DNA from: Halarcobacter sp.
GTDB lineage: Bacteria > Campylobacterota > Campylobacteria > Campylobacterales > Arcobacteraceae
NCBI GenBank assembly: GCA_048571215.1
Contig: CP182352.1
Location: 3,232,001 to 3,296,000, forward strand
Reading direction: 5' to 3'
DNA: 64,000 nucleotides
How positions within the stretch are numbered: position 1 is the stretch's first letter; each line of letters begins with the position of its first letter. The position numbers and the translations under genes were made by a program. Below are positions 38,710 through 48,412 of this stretch, in pieces. The notes below the pieces were generated by a model that ran no database searches, had not been told where the DNA came from, and was given only the letters and a program-made list of their open reading frames with translations.

Positions 38710-39978
38710 TTAACTTAATGCTTGTTCTAAATCTTCAATCAAATCTTTTGAATCTTCTAATCCAATAGATAACCTAATAGTAGTTGGATTAACTCCAGCT
38801 TCTTTTAATCCCTCTTCACTTAATTGTGAGTGTGTTGTTGAAGCAGGGTGTACTATTAAAGATTTTGAATCTCCAATATTTACAACTACACTAAATAGTT
38901 TTGCTTTGTCAATAATCGCTTTTGCTGTATCGTAATCTTCTACTTCAAAAGAGATAAGTCCTGAAGCTTTACCATCTTTGAAATACTTTTGTGCTTTTTC
39001 ATAGTTGTCATTTGACTTAAGACCTGGATAGTTAACTGATTTAACTTTTGGGTTTGATTCAAGATATTTTGCTACTTCTAAAGAAGTACTTGAGTGTTTT
39101 TCAACTCTAATAGATAAAGTTTCTAAACCTTGAATTAAAAGCCAAGAGTTTAATGGTGATTGAGTTGCTCCAATATCTCTTAAAAGATTTAGTCTAATTC
39201 TTAGACAAAAATTTGGTAAAGGAACATCTGTATAAACTAATCCATGGTATGATTCATCAGGTTCACAAAAGTGATAATATCTTTTTGAATTCTCTTTAAA
39301 GAATTCAGCTAAACCATCTCTTTCTATTACAATTCCACCTACAGCTGTACCTTGACCATTTGTGTATTTAGAAGTTGAGTGAACTACAATATCTACTCCC
39401 CATGAGATTGGATTAAATAAGGCTGCTGTTGCAACTGTATTATCACATATAGTCAATACACCATGTTTTTTTGCTATTTTAACTATAGCTTCCACATCTG
39501 CAATTGCAATTTGTGGATTTGATAATGATTCAAAGAAGATAGCTTTTGTATTTTCATCAATTTGCTCTTCTAAGTTTGAAGCATCTGCACTTTTAAATAC
39601 TTTTGCTTTAATACCAAATCTTTTAATTGTATGTGTTAATAGGGTAATTGCACCACCATAAAGTTTATCTGAGATAATGATATTATCTCCAGCTTCTGCA
39701 ACATTTGCGATTGCATAAAAAATTGCAGCTTGTCCACTTGCTGTACAAATACCAGCTGCTCCACCTTCAAGTTGAGCATATCTTTGCTCTAATACATCTG
39801 TTGTAGGATTAGTAAGTCTTGTATAGATTGGTCCTAACTCTTTTAATGCAAATAAGTTTGCAGCGTGCTCTGCATCTCTAAAAGCATAAGCAGTAGTTTG
39901 TGTAATAGGAACTGACATTGTTCCAAAACCCTCTTTTTTATCGTATCCTGCGTGAATTGCTATTGTATCTTTTTGCAT
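38710..39978 (-). CDS. metY: O-acetylhomoserine/O-acetylserine sulfhydrylase (MetY-like)
   Basis: IYTRLTNPT, SGQAA, HSTSKY, NIGDSKSLIVHPASTTH, IRLSIGLE. Confidence 0.9.
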   Translation of the reverse strand: MQKDTIAIHAGYDKKEGFGTMSVPITQTTAYAFRDAEHAANLFALKELGPIYTRLTNPTTDVLEQRYAQLEGGAAGICTASGQAAIFYAIANVAEAGDNIIISDKLYGGAITLLTHTIKRFGIKAKVFKSADASNLEEQIDENTKAIFFESLSNPQIAIADVEAIVKIAKKHGVLTICDNTVATAALFNPISWGVDIVVHSTSKYTNGQGTAVGGIVIERDGLAEFFKENSKRYYHFCEPDESYHGLVYTDVPLPNFCLRIRLNLLRDIGATQSPLNSWLLIQGLETLSIRVEKHSSTSLEVAKYLESNPKVKSVNYPGLKSNDNYEKAQKYFKDGKASGLISFEVEDYDTAKAIIDKAKLFSVVVNIGDSKSLIVHPASTTHSQLSEEGLKEAGVNPTTIRLSIGLEDSKDLIEDLEQALS

Positions 39979-40011
39979 ATACATTCCTTATGTAAAATTA
40001 AATTATATGAA

Positions 40012-40040
40012 ATTGTATAATATTTTTTTTACAATGTCAA
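40012..40040 (-). promoter_or_regulatory. Sigma70 promoter of the metY-cys operon
   Basis: Minus strand TTGACA-N17-TACAAT. Confidence 0.7.
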
Positions 40041-40179
40041 GTATTTTAATAGTGATTATGTTAATATGCTTTAAAATAGTAGGTTATTGGAATGTTGATT
40101 AAATTAATTGACATTAATATTTTAATTAAGAAAACCTAAGTTATAATGCCCTTGAATAAACAATTTTAGGATAAATTAG

Positions 40180-40509
40180 ATGATAGAAAAATTAAATATA
40201 TTTGATTCTTTACCAATAGATAAAGAGAATGAAAAATTTTTTGAAATTTTTAAAAATGAGAATATAAGAATAGAAAAAATTGTTTCAAATGGTCAAAAAT
40301 CTTTAGAAAATTTTTGGTATGACCAAAAAGAGAATGAATTTATTCTACTTTTACAAGGGGATGCTATTTTGGAAGTTATTGAAAATAATGATATCAAAGA
40401 GATAAAATTAAAAACAGGAGATTATTTAGATATAAAAGCCCATGTTAAACACAGAGTTGCATATACAAGTGAGAGTAAAACAACAATTTGGTTAGCTATT
40501 TTTTATTGA
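40180..40509 (+). CDS. Cupin domain protein
   Basis: IRIEKIVSNG, WYDQ..NEF..LLQG, HVKHRV, WLAIF. Confidence 0.85.
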   Translation: MIEKLNIFDSLPIDKENEKFFEIFKNENIRIEKIVSNGQKSLENFWYDQKENEFILLLQGDAILEVIENNDIKEIKLKTGDYLDIKAHVKHRVAYTSESKTTIWLAIFY

Positions 40510-43319
40510 TTTATTGGAATAACAACTTTAAATAATGCTCCCGTATAATTCTTTCCTTTATAGGTAAAGTTTACATTATCAACACTGATTGAACCTTTCA
40601 TACTATTTACTATAAGATTATATGACATGTGAAGACCTAGTCCTGTTCCTTGACTTTGATGTTTGGTTGTGAAATATGGTTCGAAAATTTTATCTTTTAT
40701 TTGTGGAGAGATTCCTCCTCCATTATCTTTAAACTCAATAATTGCAAAGCCATCTTCTTCTTTTTGTGTTATTTCTATATATCTTTCATCGTGGGGAAGA
40801 TTTAATAAAACATCATTTGAATTATAAAATAGATTGATCATACATTGGATTAGTTGATTTGGATATCCTAAAATCTCTATATTATCTTCTGAGATAAGTT
40901 TAATATCTAAATTGTTCTTTTTTATAAAAGAATCAACTAAAGCTAAAAAACTTTTTGTATCTTTTTTTAGGTTGAATTTAATTTGACTGGTATCACCTTT
41001 GGCGTAGTTTTTAAAATCATCAATTGTTTTTGAGAGATATTGAGAGTAGTTATTTATGGTATTGCAAGCTTCAAAAAACTGCTCATCATTTAACATATCA
41101 TGTTCTTTTTGTAGTTTCATTCCAGTTGAAGCAGCACTAATAGCTGCTAAAGGTTGTCTCCACTGGTGGGCGATATTTGAAAGCATCTCCCCTAAGGCCA
41201 TCATTTTTGATTGTTCAACCAAGAGTTTTTCTTGATTTTTTAGTTTTGTTATATCAATAAAACTAGAGATTCTTACATTTCTTTTTTCTAAAATATAACC
41301 CCTTACTAAAGAGACAAATTTTGTACCGTCATTTTTCATTAAAACAACTTCGTATGGCTCAGAATTTTTATTATAAAGATTGTTTAATATGGTTTTTTTT
41401 GATTCTGTAGAAACAAAGTCAAATATAGACCTATTTATTATCTCATCTTTAGATTTCAAGCCCAAAAGTTCAAGACCACTTTTATTTGAATCTATACATA
41501 TCCCATCTTTTGTTATTATTATACCCTCTAAAGTTGCATTAAATAATTCATTAAACTCTTTTAATGATTTTTTTAAAAGAAACTGTTTATAAAAAGCAAA
41601 TAAAGCTAAAATAAAAACTATAATCAAGATTTGCATCACTAATGTGTAGTCAGTTACTTTTTGATAGTTTAGTGATTTCCAGTTTTCAACTATAGATTCA
41701 CTTTGTTTATTATTTAAACTTTTAACTGTTTTTTCTAAGATATTAAATAGTATTGGGTCATCATTTCTAACAGCAATACCCAATTCCCAAATTTCATTTA
41801 GTTTTCCTGCTATTTTTAATTCATCAAAATACTCCTTTTGGAATATATACTCTATGGTTGCCAAACTACCTATATATGCAAAAAGTTCATTATCTTTAAC
41901 TTTTTCTAAACCATCTTTATCATTTTCAACCTCTATTAGGTTTAAATAGGGGTATTTTGTTTTTAAAATTTGAGCAAAATTATAAGCTTTTGGAATACCA
42001 ACTTTTTTATTTTTTAGATTTGAGATATCGTTGATAAAAGATACATCTAAATTTGTTACTACTACTAAAGGGGTTTTTATATAAGCAGAGGTAAATCCCA
42101 GATACTTCTTTCTTTCTTTTGTTGGTATTGCTAAAGAGATGATATCACACTCTCTTTGTTTTGCTTTTTGCAAGGATTCTTTCCAAGTTTTTGTTGGGAT
42201 TACTTGAAAATTGATTCCTATCTCTTCACTAAAGAGTTTAAAGTATTCGGCAGTTAACCCTTCATGTTTACCTTTTTCAAACTTTTCAAAGGGCATCCAT
42301 GCAGGGTCTATGCACATAGTAATATATTTTTTATTTTTTAAATATTTTAGTTCATCCTTTGTAAACTTCTTTTTGATATCTTTATATAAATACTCTTCAA
42401 GATTGATATTTTTTTGAACTAGACCTAATATTCTATAGATATCATAGATTCTTTCTAGTTTATTTAGTTCTAATTTGCCAATATTTTCTGTTTTATAAAA
42501 TGAGAGTTTTTTTAATTCTTTTGCTTCGTAAAGTAGAGCTTCTTTAGTTTTGTGTTGTGTATTGTATTTTTCTAAAATGGTGTTTATAGATTCTTGTATA
42601 TTTGAAAAAGCATACTCCCAACCTTTTAGCGTAGCTTCTTTAAATTTTTTCACTTCTAAACTATTTTTATCTAAATAATTTTTACTAGTGACTAAAATAT
42701 CATTATAAAAATCAAATCCAAAATCCTTTGGATTGAAAATTATTGGTTCTCCACCAAGCTCTTTTAATAAATAGGGTTCGTTTGAGATATAAGCTGCTAG
42801 TAGGTCAGCTTTTCCATCTAATAAATCTTTTACATTAAAAGTTGGATCTGTCATTGTGACATTTTTTACATTTAGACCTTGTGACATCATCATTGCCATA
42901 AGTGAAACATCATTGCTTAAATCACCTGTGGTCATGAGTCTCTTATTTTCAAAATCTTTTATATTTTTTATCCCAGAATCTTTATTTGATAATATAATGA
43001 GTGGAGAGGATTGAAATATAGCAGATAGTAATATTATTTGTTTACCTTTTGAAATATCTATTAAGGCAGATGGTCTTACTATTGAGTATTGAGCTTTGCC
43101 ACTTATAACATCATCTACCATATTAACATTTTTGTTCCACTCTTTTATGGTGACATCCAGACCTACGTCTTTGTAGAACCCTTTTTCTTTTGCCATAATA
43201 TATCCAGCAAATTGAAATTGGTATTTCCATTGAAGTTGTAGGGTTACTTTTTTAAGAGGATTTGAGTAAGCATATACACTAAGAATTAGTATAAAAAATA
43301 ACTTAATAAAAAAATTCAT
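40503..43319 (-). CDS. Sensor histidine kinase (NMT1-like + SBP family 3 + PAS + HisKA/HATPase)
   Basis: LQLQWKYQFQFAGY, IDPAWMPFE, IAHQWRQPL, DNGGGI, GTGLGL. Confidence 0.93.
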   Translation of the reverse strand: MNFFIKLFFILILSVYAYSNPLKKVTLQLQWKYQFQFAGYIMAKEKGFYKDVGLDVTIKEWNKNVNMVDDVISGKAQYSIVRPSALIDISKGKQIILLSAIFQSSPLIILSNKDSGIKNIKDFENKRLMTTGDLSNDVSLMAMMMSQGLNVKNVTMTDPTFNVKDLLDGKADLLAAYISNEPYLLKELGGEPIIFNPKDFGFDFYNDILVTSKNYLDKNSLEVKKFKEATLKGWEYAFSNIQESINTILEKYNTQHKTKEALLYEAKELKKLSFYKTENIGKLELNKLERIYDIYRILGLVQKNINLEEYLYKDIKKKFTKDELKYLKNKKYITMCIDPAWMPFEKFEKGKHEGLTAEYFKLFSEEIGINFQVIPTKTWKESLQKAKQRECDIISLAIPTKERKKYLGFTSAYIKTPLVVVTNLDVSFINDISNLKNKKVGIPKAYNFAQILKTKYPYLNLIEVENDKDGLEKVKDNELFAYIGSLATIEYIFQKEYFDELKIAGKLNEIWELGIAVRNDDPILFNILEKTVKSLNNKQSESIVENWKSLNYQKVTDYTLVMQILIIVFILALFAFYKQFLLKKSLKEFNELFNATLEGIIITKDGICIDSNKSGLELLGLKSKDEIINRSIFDFVSTESKKTILNNLYNKNSEPYEVVLMKNDGTKFVSLVRGYILEKRNVRISSFIDITKLKNQEKLLVEQSKMMALGEMLSNIAHQWRQPLAAISAASTGMKLQKEHDMLNDEQFFEACNTINNYSQYLSKTIDDFKNYAKGDTSQIKFNLKKDTKSFLALVDSFIKKNNLDIKLISEDNIEILGYPNQLIQCMINLFYNSNDVLLNLPHDERYIEITQKEEDGFAIIEFKDNGGGISPQIKDKIFEPYFTTKHQSQGTGLGLHMSYNLIVNSMKGSISVDNVNFTYKGKNYTGALFKVVIPINQ

Positions 43320-43387
43320 TTAATTAATCTTTTGATGAGTTTATTTGTGTAATATAATAGCTTTAAATGCTTGATAAAAAGATAAAA

Positions 43388-44521
43388 TTAGAAGATAACT
43401 ATAGACCTTCCAAAAGGAATTTTATTTTTATTTTGAGACAACGCCCATAATACTTCATAGGGTGGTGGAATTCTTGGAAATATTCCATCCCCATCTGTAA
43501 AATATAAAAGCATAGAACTCATAGGAAGATTTGATTCAACATATTCAAATACGGGACGATAATCAGTACCTCCTCCACCTTTTATGGGGAAATCCATTTT
43601 ATCTCCCCCTTGAAAACTAAAGTGACCTTGTACCTTTGCATCAGCAGTTATTAGTTCAATTGCAACAGCTGGAAAGTTTTGCATGATAGTTTTAAACTCT
43701 TCAATAAAAGAGCCTAAGAGTTCATCATTTATACTTCCTGAGGTATCAATTACAACAACTAAACTTAGAGTATCACTAGTAAGACTTGGCAAAGCAATTC
43801 CTCTATAAATATGTTTTTTGTTTGGGGGCATAAAAGCATAGTTGTTTCTCATGTGACGGTTGATTGCATTATATAGTTCAAATTTCCAATCAATATCTTT
43901 AGCTTTTAGCTTTTTTGCAAGTCTTTCCAGTCCTAAGGGAACTGAACTTTTCCTTTGGGCTACCTCTTTTGCTAAAGAGGCTGCATATTCCCATTGGGAT
44001 TCATCATCTTCATCTAAGCTTTCATCAATTTTATTTAAATTTGCAAATTTTTCACCACTCTTTTCTATTAAGCCATCTAACATTGAAGCATTATCTTCAA
44101 AGGCATCAGTTCCTTTTACCTCATATTGCTCTTTTAAGATATCGTATATCTCTTCTGCATACATATTTTTAAAATCTTTATTATAATTAGCACCCTTTGG
44201 TATTTTGAAACCACTTTTATGTAAAATTGCGTTTATGGCAAAATCAGTAGCCACTTGCCAAAGAAGACCTTTTCTTTTTAGTTTTCTTTGTTGATGTGAT
44301 AGGATATGGTGCATAACACAATTTGTAAGGATAAAGATAAGTTCATCAATACTGCAAGATAAGATAAAATCAGGATTATATTTAAACCTAATTCCATTAC
44401 TTGCATAAAACCTTATTTTCTCATCTTCTTCATGTTTTAATCTAGAAGCTAATATCCCAAAGTAGGGTTGCTTTGAAGTTAATTGACTTTTTGCTTTTAT
44501 TAAAAGAGTATTTGCATCCAT
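43388..44521 (-). CDS. DUF2201-type metallopeptidase-like + vWA domain protein
   Basis: ATDFAIN, IDTSGSI (MIDAS), GGGGTDYRPVF, YFTDGDG; HExxH position reads NCVMH. Confidence 0.88.
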   Translation of the reverse strand: MDANTLLIKAKSQLTSKQPYFGILASRLKHEEDEKIRFYASNGIRFKYNPDFILSCSIDELIFILTNCVMHHILSHQQRKLKRKGLLWQVATDFAINAILHKSGFKIPKGANYNKDFKNMYAEEIYDILKEQYEVKGTDAFEDNASMLDGLIEKSGEKFANLNKIDESLDEDDESQWEYAASLAKEVAQRKSSVPLGLERLAKKLKAKDIDWKFELYNAINRHMRNNYAFMPPNKKHIYRGIALPSLTSDTLSLVVVIDTSGSINDELLGSFIEEFKTIMQNFPAVAIELITADAKVQGHFSFQGGDKMDFPIKGGGGTDYRPVFEYVESNLPMSSMLLYFTDGDGIFPRIPPPYEVLWALSQNKNKIPFGRSIVIF

Positions 44522-44524
44522 ATT

Positions 44525-45526
44525 TTAGTGTAACAACTTATTGAAATTTTTCATCCATAAAGGCCAATTTTTTAGATAATCTAACTCAATATTTCTTTGT
44601 CTTAAATCTTGGATTATCATAACTGCAAATTCTCCTGGAAGATTAAGGGTATATCCTAGAAGATTGTTTATCTCAGCTCCTGAACTCTCACTTGTTATTC
44701 TCATAGTTAAAGCTGTACATAAAATATGTAATGATGAGGTTTCCCTTGGAACTTCTGTTGTTGTCCCCTCTAAAATATCATCTATTTTAGGTAATGACTT
44801 TTCAACAGCTTTAAATCCTAAAAATGAAGCTGCCAACTCCTCCCCAATAGCTCCACTAATCATAGTTAAAAGTAGATCTTCATCGGGTGTTGATAATAAA
44901 ATCTCATTTACATATTGCCAGGTTCTTGGTGTTGCAAAAGATTTTTCCTCATTTTGAGTATTGAAATTAAATAATGCATCGGGTCTATAAGAGATAAAAG
45001 CAATAATACTTGTATCAATACCAGAACTTTTAGCCCACTCTTTCCAATCATCAACACTAACCTCCATAGATAAGTGAACAAATCTATTTGCAAGGGGTGA
45101 AGCCATTCTAAAAACTACACCTCTATCACTTTCCCTATTACCAGCTGCTACTATAGACCAACCATCAGGAAGGGTATATTCACCAATTTTTCTATCCAAA
45201 ATAAGCTGGTAAGCTGAGGCTTGAACCATTGGAGCTGCTGTATTTAGTTCATCTAAAAATAAAATCCCTTTTTCTTCACTTCCATCTGGTAAAAATGAGG
45301 CAGGTGCCCAAACAGCTGAGTTATCTTTTGTATTAAAAAAAGGGATTCCCCTTAAGTCTGTGGGATCAAGAAGTGAAAGCCGTAAATCTATACAAGCTAT
45401 CCCTTGCTCTTTTGCTATTTGTGCAACTATTGAAGACTTTCCAATCCCTGGAGGTCCCCACAAAAATATTGGTACTTTTCGTTTTGTTAGGTGTTCAATT
45501 GCTCTTTTTGTACTTTGAGGGTTCAT
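44525..45526 (-). CDS. MoxR-like AAA+ ATPase partner of DUF2201
   Basis: GPPGIGKS, DLRGIP, LFLDELN, AAGNR, ANRF, TPRTW; start at MNPQ after AAGGA. Confidence 0.92.
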   Translation of the reverse strand: MNPQSTKRAIEHLTKRKVPIFLWGPPGIGKSSIVAQIAKEQGIACIDLRLSLLDPTDLRGIPFFNTKDNSAVWAPASFLPDGSEEKGILFLDELNTAAPMVQASAYQLILDRKIGEYTLPDGWSIVAAGNRESDRGVVFRMASPLANRFVHLSMEVSVDDWKEWAKSSGIDTSIIAFISYRPDALFNFNTQNEEKSFATPRTWQYVNEILLSTPDEDLLLTMISGAIGEELAASFLGFKAVEKSLPKIDDILEGTTTEVPRETSSLHILCTALTMRITSESSGAEINNLLGYTLNLPGEFAVMIIQDLRQRNIELDYLKNWPLWMKNFNKLLH

Positions 45527-45621
45527 ACATTTCCTTAATAAGACATAATTACTCTTATTTGCAATATGTGTACCAAAATAAAAATATTGTATAATTAAAT
45601 TACTTTTTAAGAAGGATTTAT

Positions 45622-46848
45622 TTGAAGATAGCAATTATAGGAGCAGGGGCAGCTGGCATTATGTCGGCTATTAGTGCAAAAAGATTAAATAAAAGTTTAA
45701 ATATTGATATTTATGATATCAACAATGGCATAGGTAAAAAAATCCTTGCAAGTGGAAATGGAAGATGTAATATCTCTAATACAAATTGCACCCAAGAAAA
45801 CTTTATAGGTGAGAATCCCTCATTTGTAAAATATGCGCTAAATCAGTTTGATTTCAAGGCTTTTGAAAACTTTTGTAAATCTATAGGTTTATTGCTTGAT
45901 ATAAAAGAAGATGGAAAAGTTTATCCCCTTTCAAATGAGGCAAAATCAGTGGTAACACTACTTGAAAATACACTAAAAAGCTTAGAAATAAATCTAATAC
46001 TTAATACAAAAATAAATGATATAGAAAAACAAAATGGGAAGTTTATATTAAAAAGTGAAAGTGATGAATACAAAGATTATGACAAGGTTGTAATAAGTTC
46101 AGGACTTAGTGCGGCACCCCAATTAGGAGCAAGCGAAGATGGGATGAGTATGGCTTGTAAATTTGAACATAGTTTTAATCTGACATATCCCTCTTTAGTA
46201 GGGCTTCACACAGATTTTGAACACAATAGTAAAATCCAAGGGGTGAAAAAAGAATCAGCTGTGTCACTTTTTATAGATGGGCAAAAAGAGTGTGAAATAA
46301 AAGGGGATGTGTTATTTACAAAATACGGAGTATCAGGTTTTGCAATACTTGATATCTCTCAATATGCAGTATACCCTTTATCTTTATATCAAGATGTACA
46401 AATATCAATAAATCTTTTCCCAACAAAAAGTAGAAATGAAGTATTAGGGATGTGCGAATCACAGTTTAAGACCCTACCTGAGCAAAAAGCTATTGAACTA
46501 CTAGTTGGAATAGTATCCAATAAACTAGCACCAATACTTCTAGATATTTGTAAAATAGATAAACAAAGTAAAGCAAAAGATATAAATGCCAAACAAATAA
46601 GAGCTTTGGTAAATGTAATTACAAATTGGAGAATGAAAATCACAGATACCCAAGGTTTTAAACATGCAGAAGCTAGTGGTGGAGGTATTAGAACCGATGA
46701 GGTAGATAGTAAAACTTTTGAGAGTAAAAAGTGTAGAGGCTTGTATTTAGCCGGAGAGGTTTTGGATGTCGTTGGGAATAGGGGTGGTTATAATTTGCAG
46801 TTTGCGTGGGCATCAGGATTCCTAGCTGGACAAAGCCTTGCGAAGTAA
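45622..46848 (+). CDS. HI0933/YhiN family flavoprotein
   Basis: GAGAAG, GKKILASGNGRCNISN, LFTKYGVSG, GGYNLQFAWASG. Confidence 0.93.
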   Translation: MKIAIIGAGAAGIMSAISAKRLNKSLNIDIYDINNGIGKKILASGNGRCNISNTNCTQENFIGENPSFVKYALNQFDFKAFENFCKSIGLLLDIKEDGKVYPLSNEAKSVVTLLENTLKSLEINLILNTKINDIEKQNGKFILKSESDEYKDYDKVVISSGLSAAPQLGASEDGMSMACKFEHSFNLTYPSLVGLHTDFEHNSKIQGVKKESAVSLFIDGQKECEIKGDVLFTKYGVSGFAILDISQYAVYPLSLYQDVQISINLFPTKSRNEVLGMCESQFKTLPEQKAIELLVGIVSNKLAPILLDICKIDKQSKAKDINAKQIRALVNVITNWRMKITDTQGFKHAEASGGGIRTDEVDSKTFESKKCRGLYLAGEVLDVVGNRGGYNLQFAWASGFLAGQSLAK

Positions 46849-46966
46849 AATAACTACTTTTATCCAATTTCTGCGTTCGATACGAATTTTTTAGTTGTCA
46901 CATACTTCTAGTATGCTCCGCCCAAAAAATTCTATCTGCCTTGAACTTGAATAAAATTAGTTATTT
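46848..46966. repeat. ERIC/IRU-like palindromic intergenic element (about 119 bp)
   Basis: Terminal AAATAACT/AGTTATTT, nested stems, and core TGCGTT...GTCACATACTTCTAGTATGCTCC...GCCTTG resembling the ERIC core GTCACTTACTTATGTAAGCTCC. Confidence 0.65.
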
Positions 46967-46986
46967 AAAAAAAAGGAATTAAAATA

Positions 46987-47298
46987 ATGTATCATCTAAA
47001 AGATAAAGTAAATGGATTAACTTGGGTTATTGACAAAATATACGATATATATTTTTATTTTAAAGTTGCATTATTTCATACACCAGCTGTATTTATTTTT
47101 TTAATTATGATTTGTTTTGGTTTGTATGTAGGTATTAAAGAACTTTTTTTTAAAGAAAAAATAGATATTAATGAAGAATCTTTACAAATAGAAAATAAAA
47201 TTGATGTAAAAGAAAATTATGATTATAAGCGTTTGATTTTTTCTTTTTTCTTTATATTATTGGGGATAGTTTTCTTTCTTTATTCCCAAAAAAATTGA
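46987..47298 (+). CDS. Hypothetical membrane protein
   Basis: AAGGA RBS; two hydrophobic segments. Confidence 0.6.
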   Translation: MYHLKDKVNGLTWVIDKIYDIYFYFKVALFHTPAVFIFLIMICFGLYVGIKELFFKEKIDINEESLQIENKIDVKENYDYKRLIFSFFFILLGIVFFLYSQKN

Positions 47299-47465
47299 AT
47301 TGAAATATTCTCTATAATTAAGAAATTAAGTTATTAAAATATGTTTTTAGATTTGCATATGATACTTTATATTAGAGACAAGTTTTTCAAAAACTAAAGG
47401 AAAGGAAACTTTGCCTTTAACAACTTTGTTGGTGTCTTCTTTTCAATGAAAGTGTAATCACAGGT

Positions 47466-47569
47466 CTTACTTTTACCTCTTACATTTATAGTTAGTTCAT
47501 AACTTTCTCAAGAAGTTTTCCAAAAAGTTATACCTCTTTTGTTTTAACTTCATTGGCCTTTATTACCAT
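47466..47569 (-). pseudogene. Frameshifted remnant of a Phd/YefM-like antitoxin
   Basis: Fragments MVIKANEVKTK / GIT / GKLLEKV / ELTINVRGKSK in shifting frames resemble the antitoxin N-terminus (ANELKTKG...INVRGK). Confidence 0.5.
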
Positions 47570-47713
47570 ACATAGTATCTTTAATAATACTTATATATAA
47601 ATAAGTTCAAATTATCAAAGAATTTAATTCATCTTAAAATTTTTAATATAAGTATTAAACAACTCTCAACATAAGTTCAATTAGATACAATACGAAAAAA
47701 TATTAGGAGAGTA

Positions 47714-48406
47714 GTGAACTTCAAACAAATAAGCATAGCTATTTATGCCACATACCTTACAAATAAATATGGATTCAAGCTAAAAAAAGTTAAAAATCCT
47801 CAAGAAGTATTTGATTTACGATTGGAATATGCCAAACTACTATTAAAAAAATTAAATATTAGTGTTGATATTACAAATAAAGAAAAATTACCCCAAGATG
47901 GGCAGTATTTATTAGTATCAAATCATAGAAGTATAATAGATCCTTTGATTATTGAACTTGCTTTAGAAAATAGTAAAATCAATGGTTTTTGGGTTGCAAA
48001 AAAAGAGTTGTATAACTCTTTTTTCTTTGGAACCTTTACTAAAAATGCTGGAACTGTTTTATTAGATAGAGATGCATCAAATATGGCACCATTTTTTAAA
48101 AATACGAAAGAGGTGGTAAAACAAGGAGATTCTTTATATATTTTTCCAGAAGGAACTAGAAATAAAGACAATACTGCTCTATCTGCTTTTAAAGAGGGTT
48201 CTAGACTTATTGCTTTAAAAAATAGATTGCCAATTTTGCCTGTATATATAAAATCAAATGCAAATGAGGTTTTAGAAGATGCTATTAAAAATAGAACTAA
48301 AGGTTTAAAAATAGAGATTGAAATTGGTGATATAATAGATTATAAAGATAAAACATCTTTAGAAGAAAACTATAAAAAGCAGTTTATAAAGAGTAAAAGA
48401 GATTAA
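47714..48406 (+). CDS. plsC: 1-acyl-sn-glycerol-3-phosphate acyltransferase (PlsC family)
   Basis: NHRSIID, AKKEL, FPEGTR, LPILPV. Confidence 0.88.
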   Translation: MNFKQISIAIYATYLTNKYGFKLKKVKNPQEVFDLRLEYAKLLLKKLNISVDITNKEKLPQDGQYLLVSNHRSIIDPLIIELALENSKINGFWVAKKELYNSFFFGTFTKNAGTVLLDRDASNMAPFFKNTKEVVKQGDSLYIFPEGTRNKDNTALSAFKEGSRLIALKNRLPILPVYIKSNANEVLEDAIKNRTKGLKIEIEIGDIIDYKDKTSLEENYKKQFIKSKRD

Positions 48407-48412
48407 TTTTTT

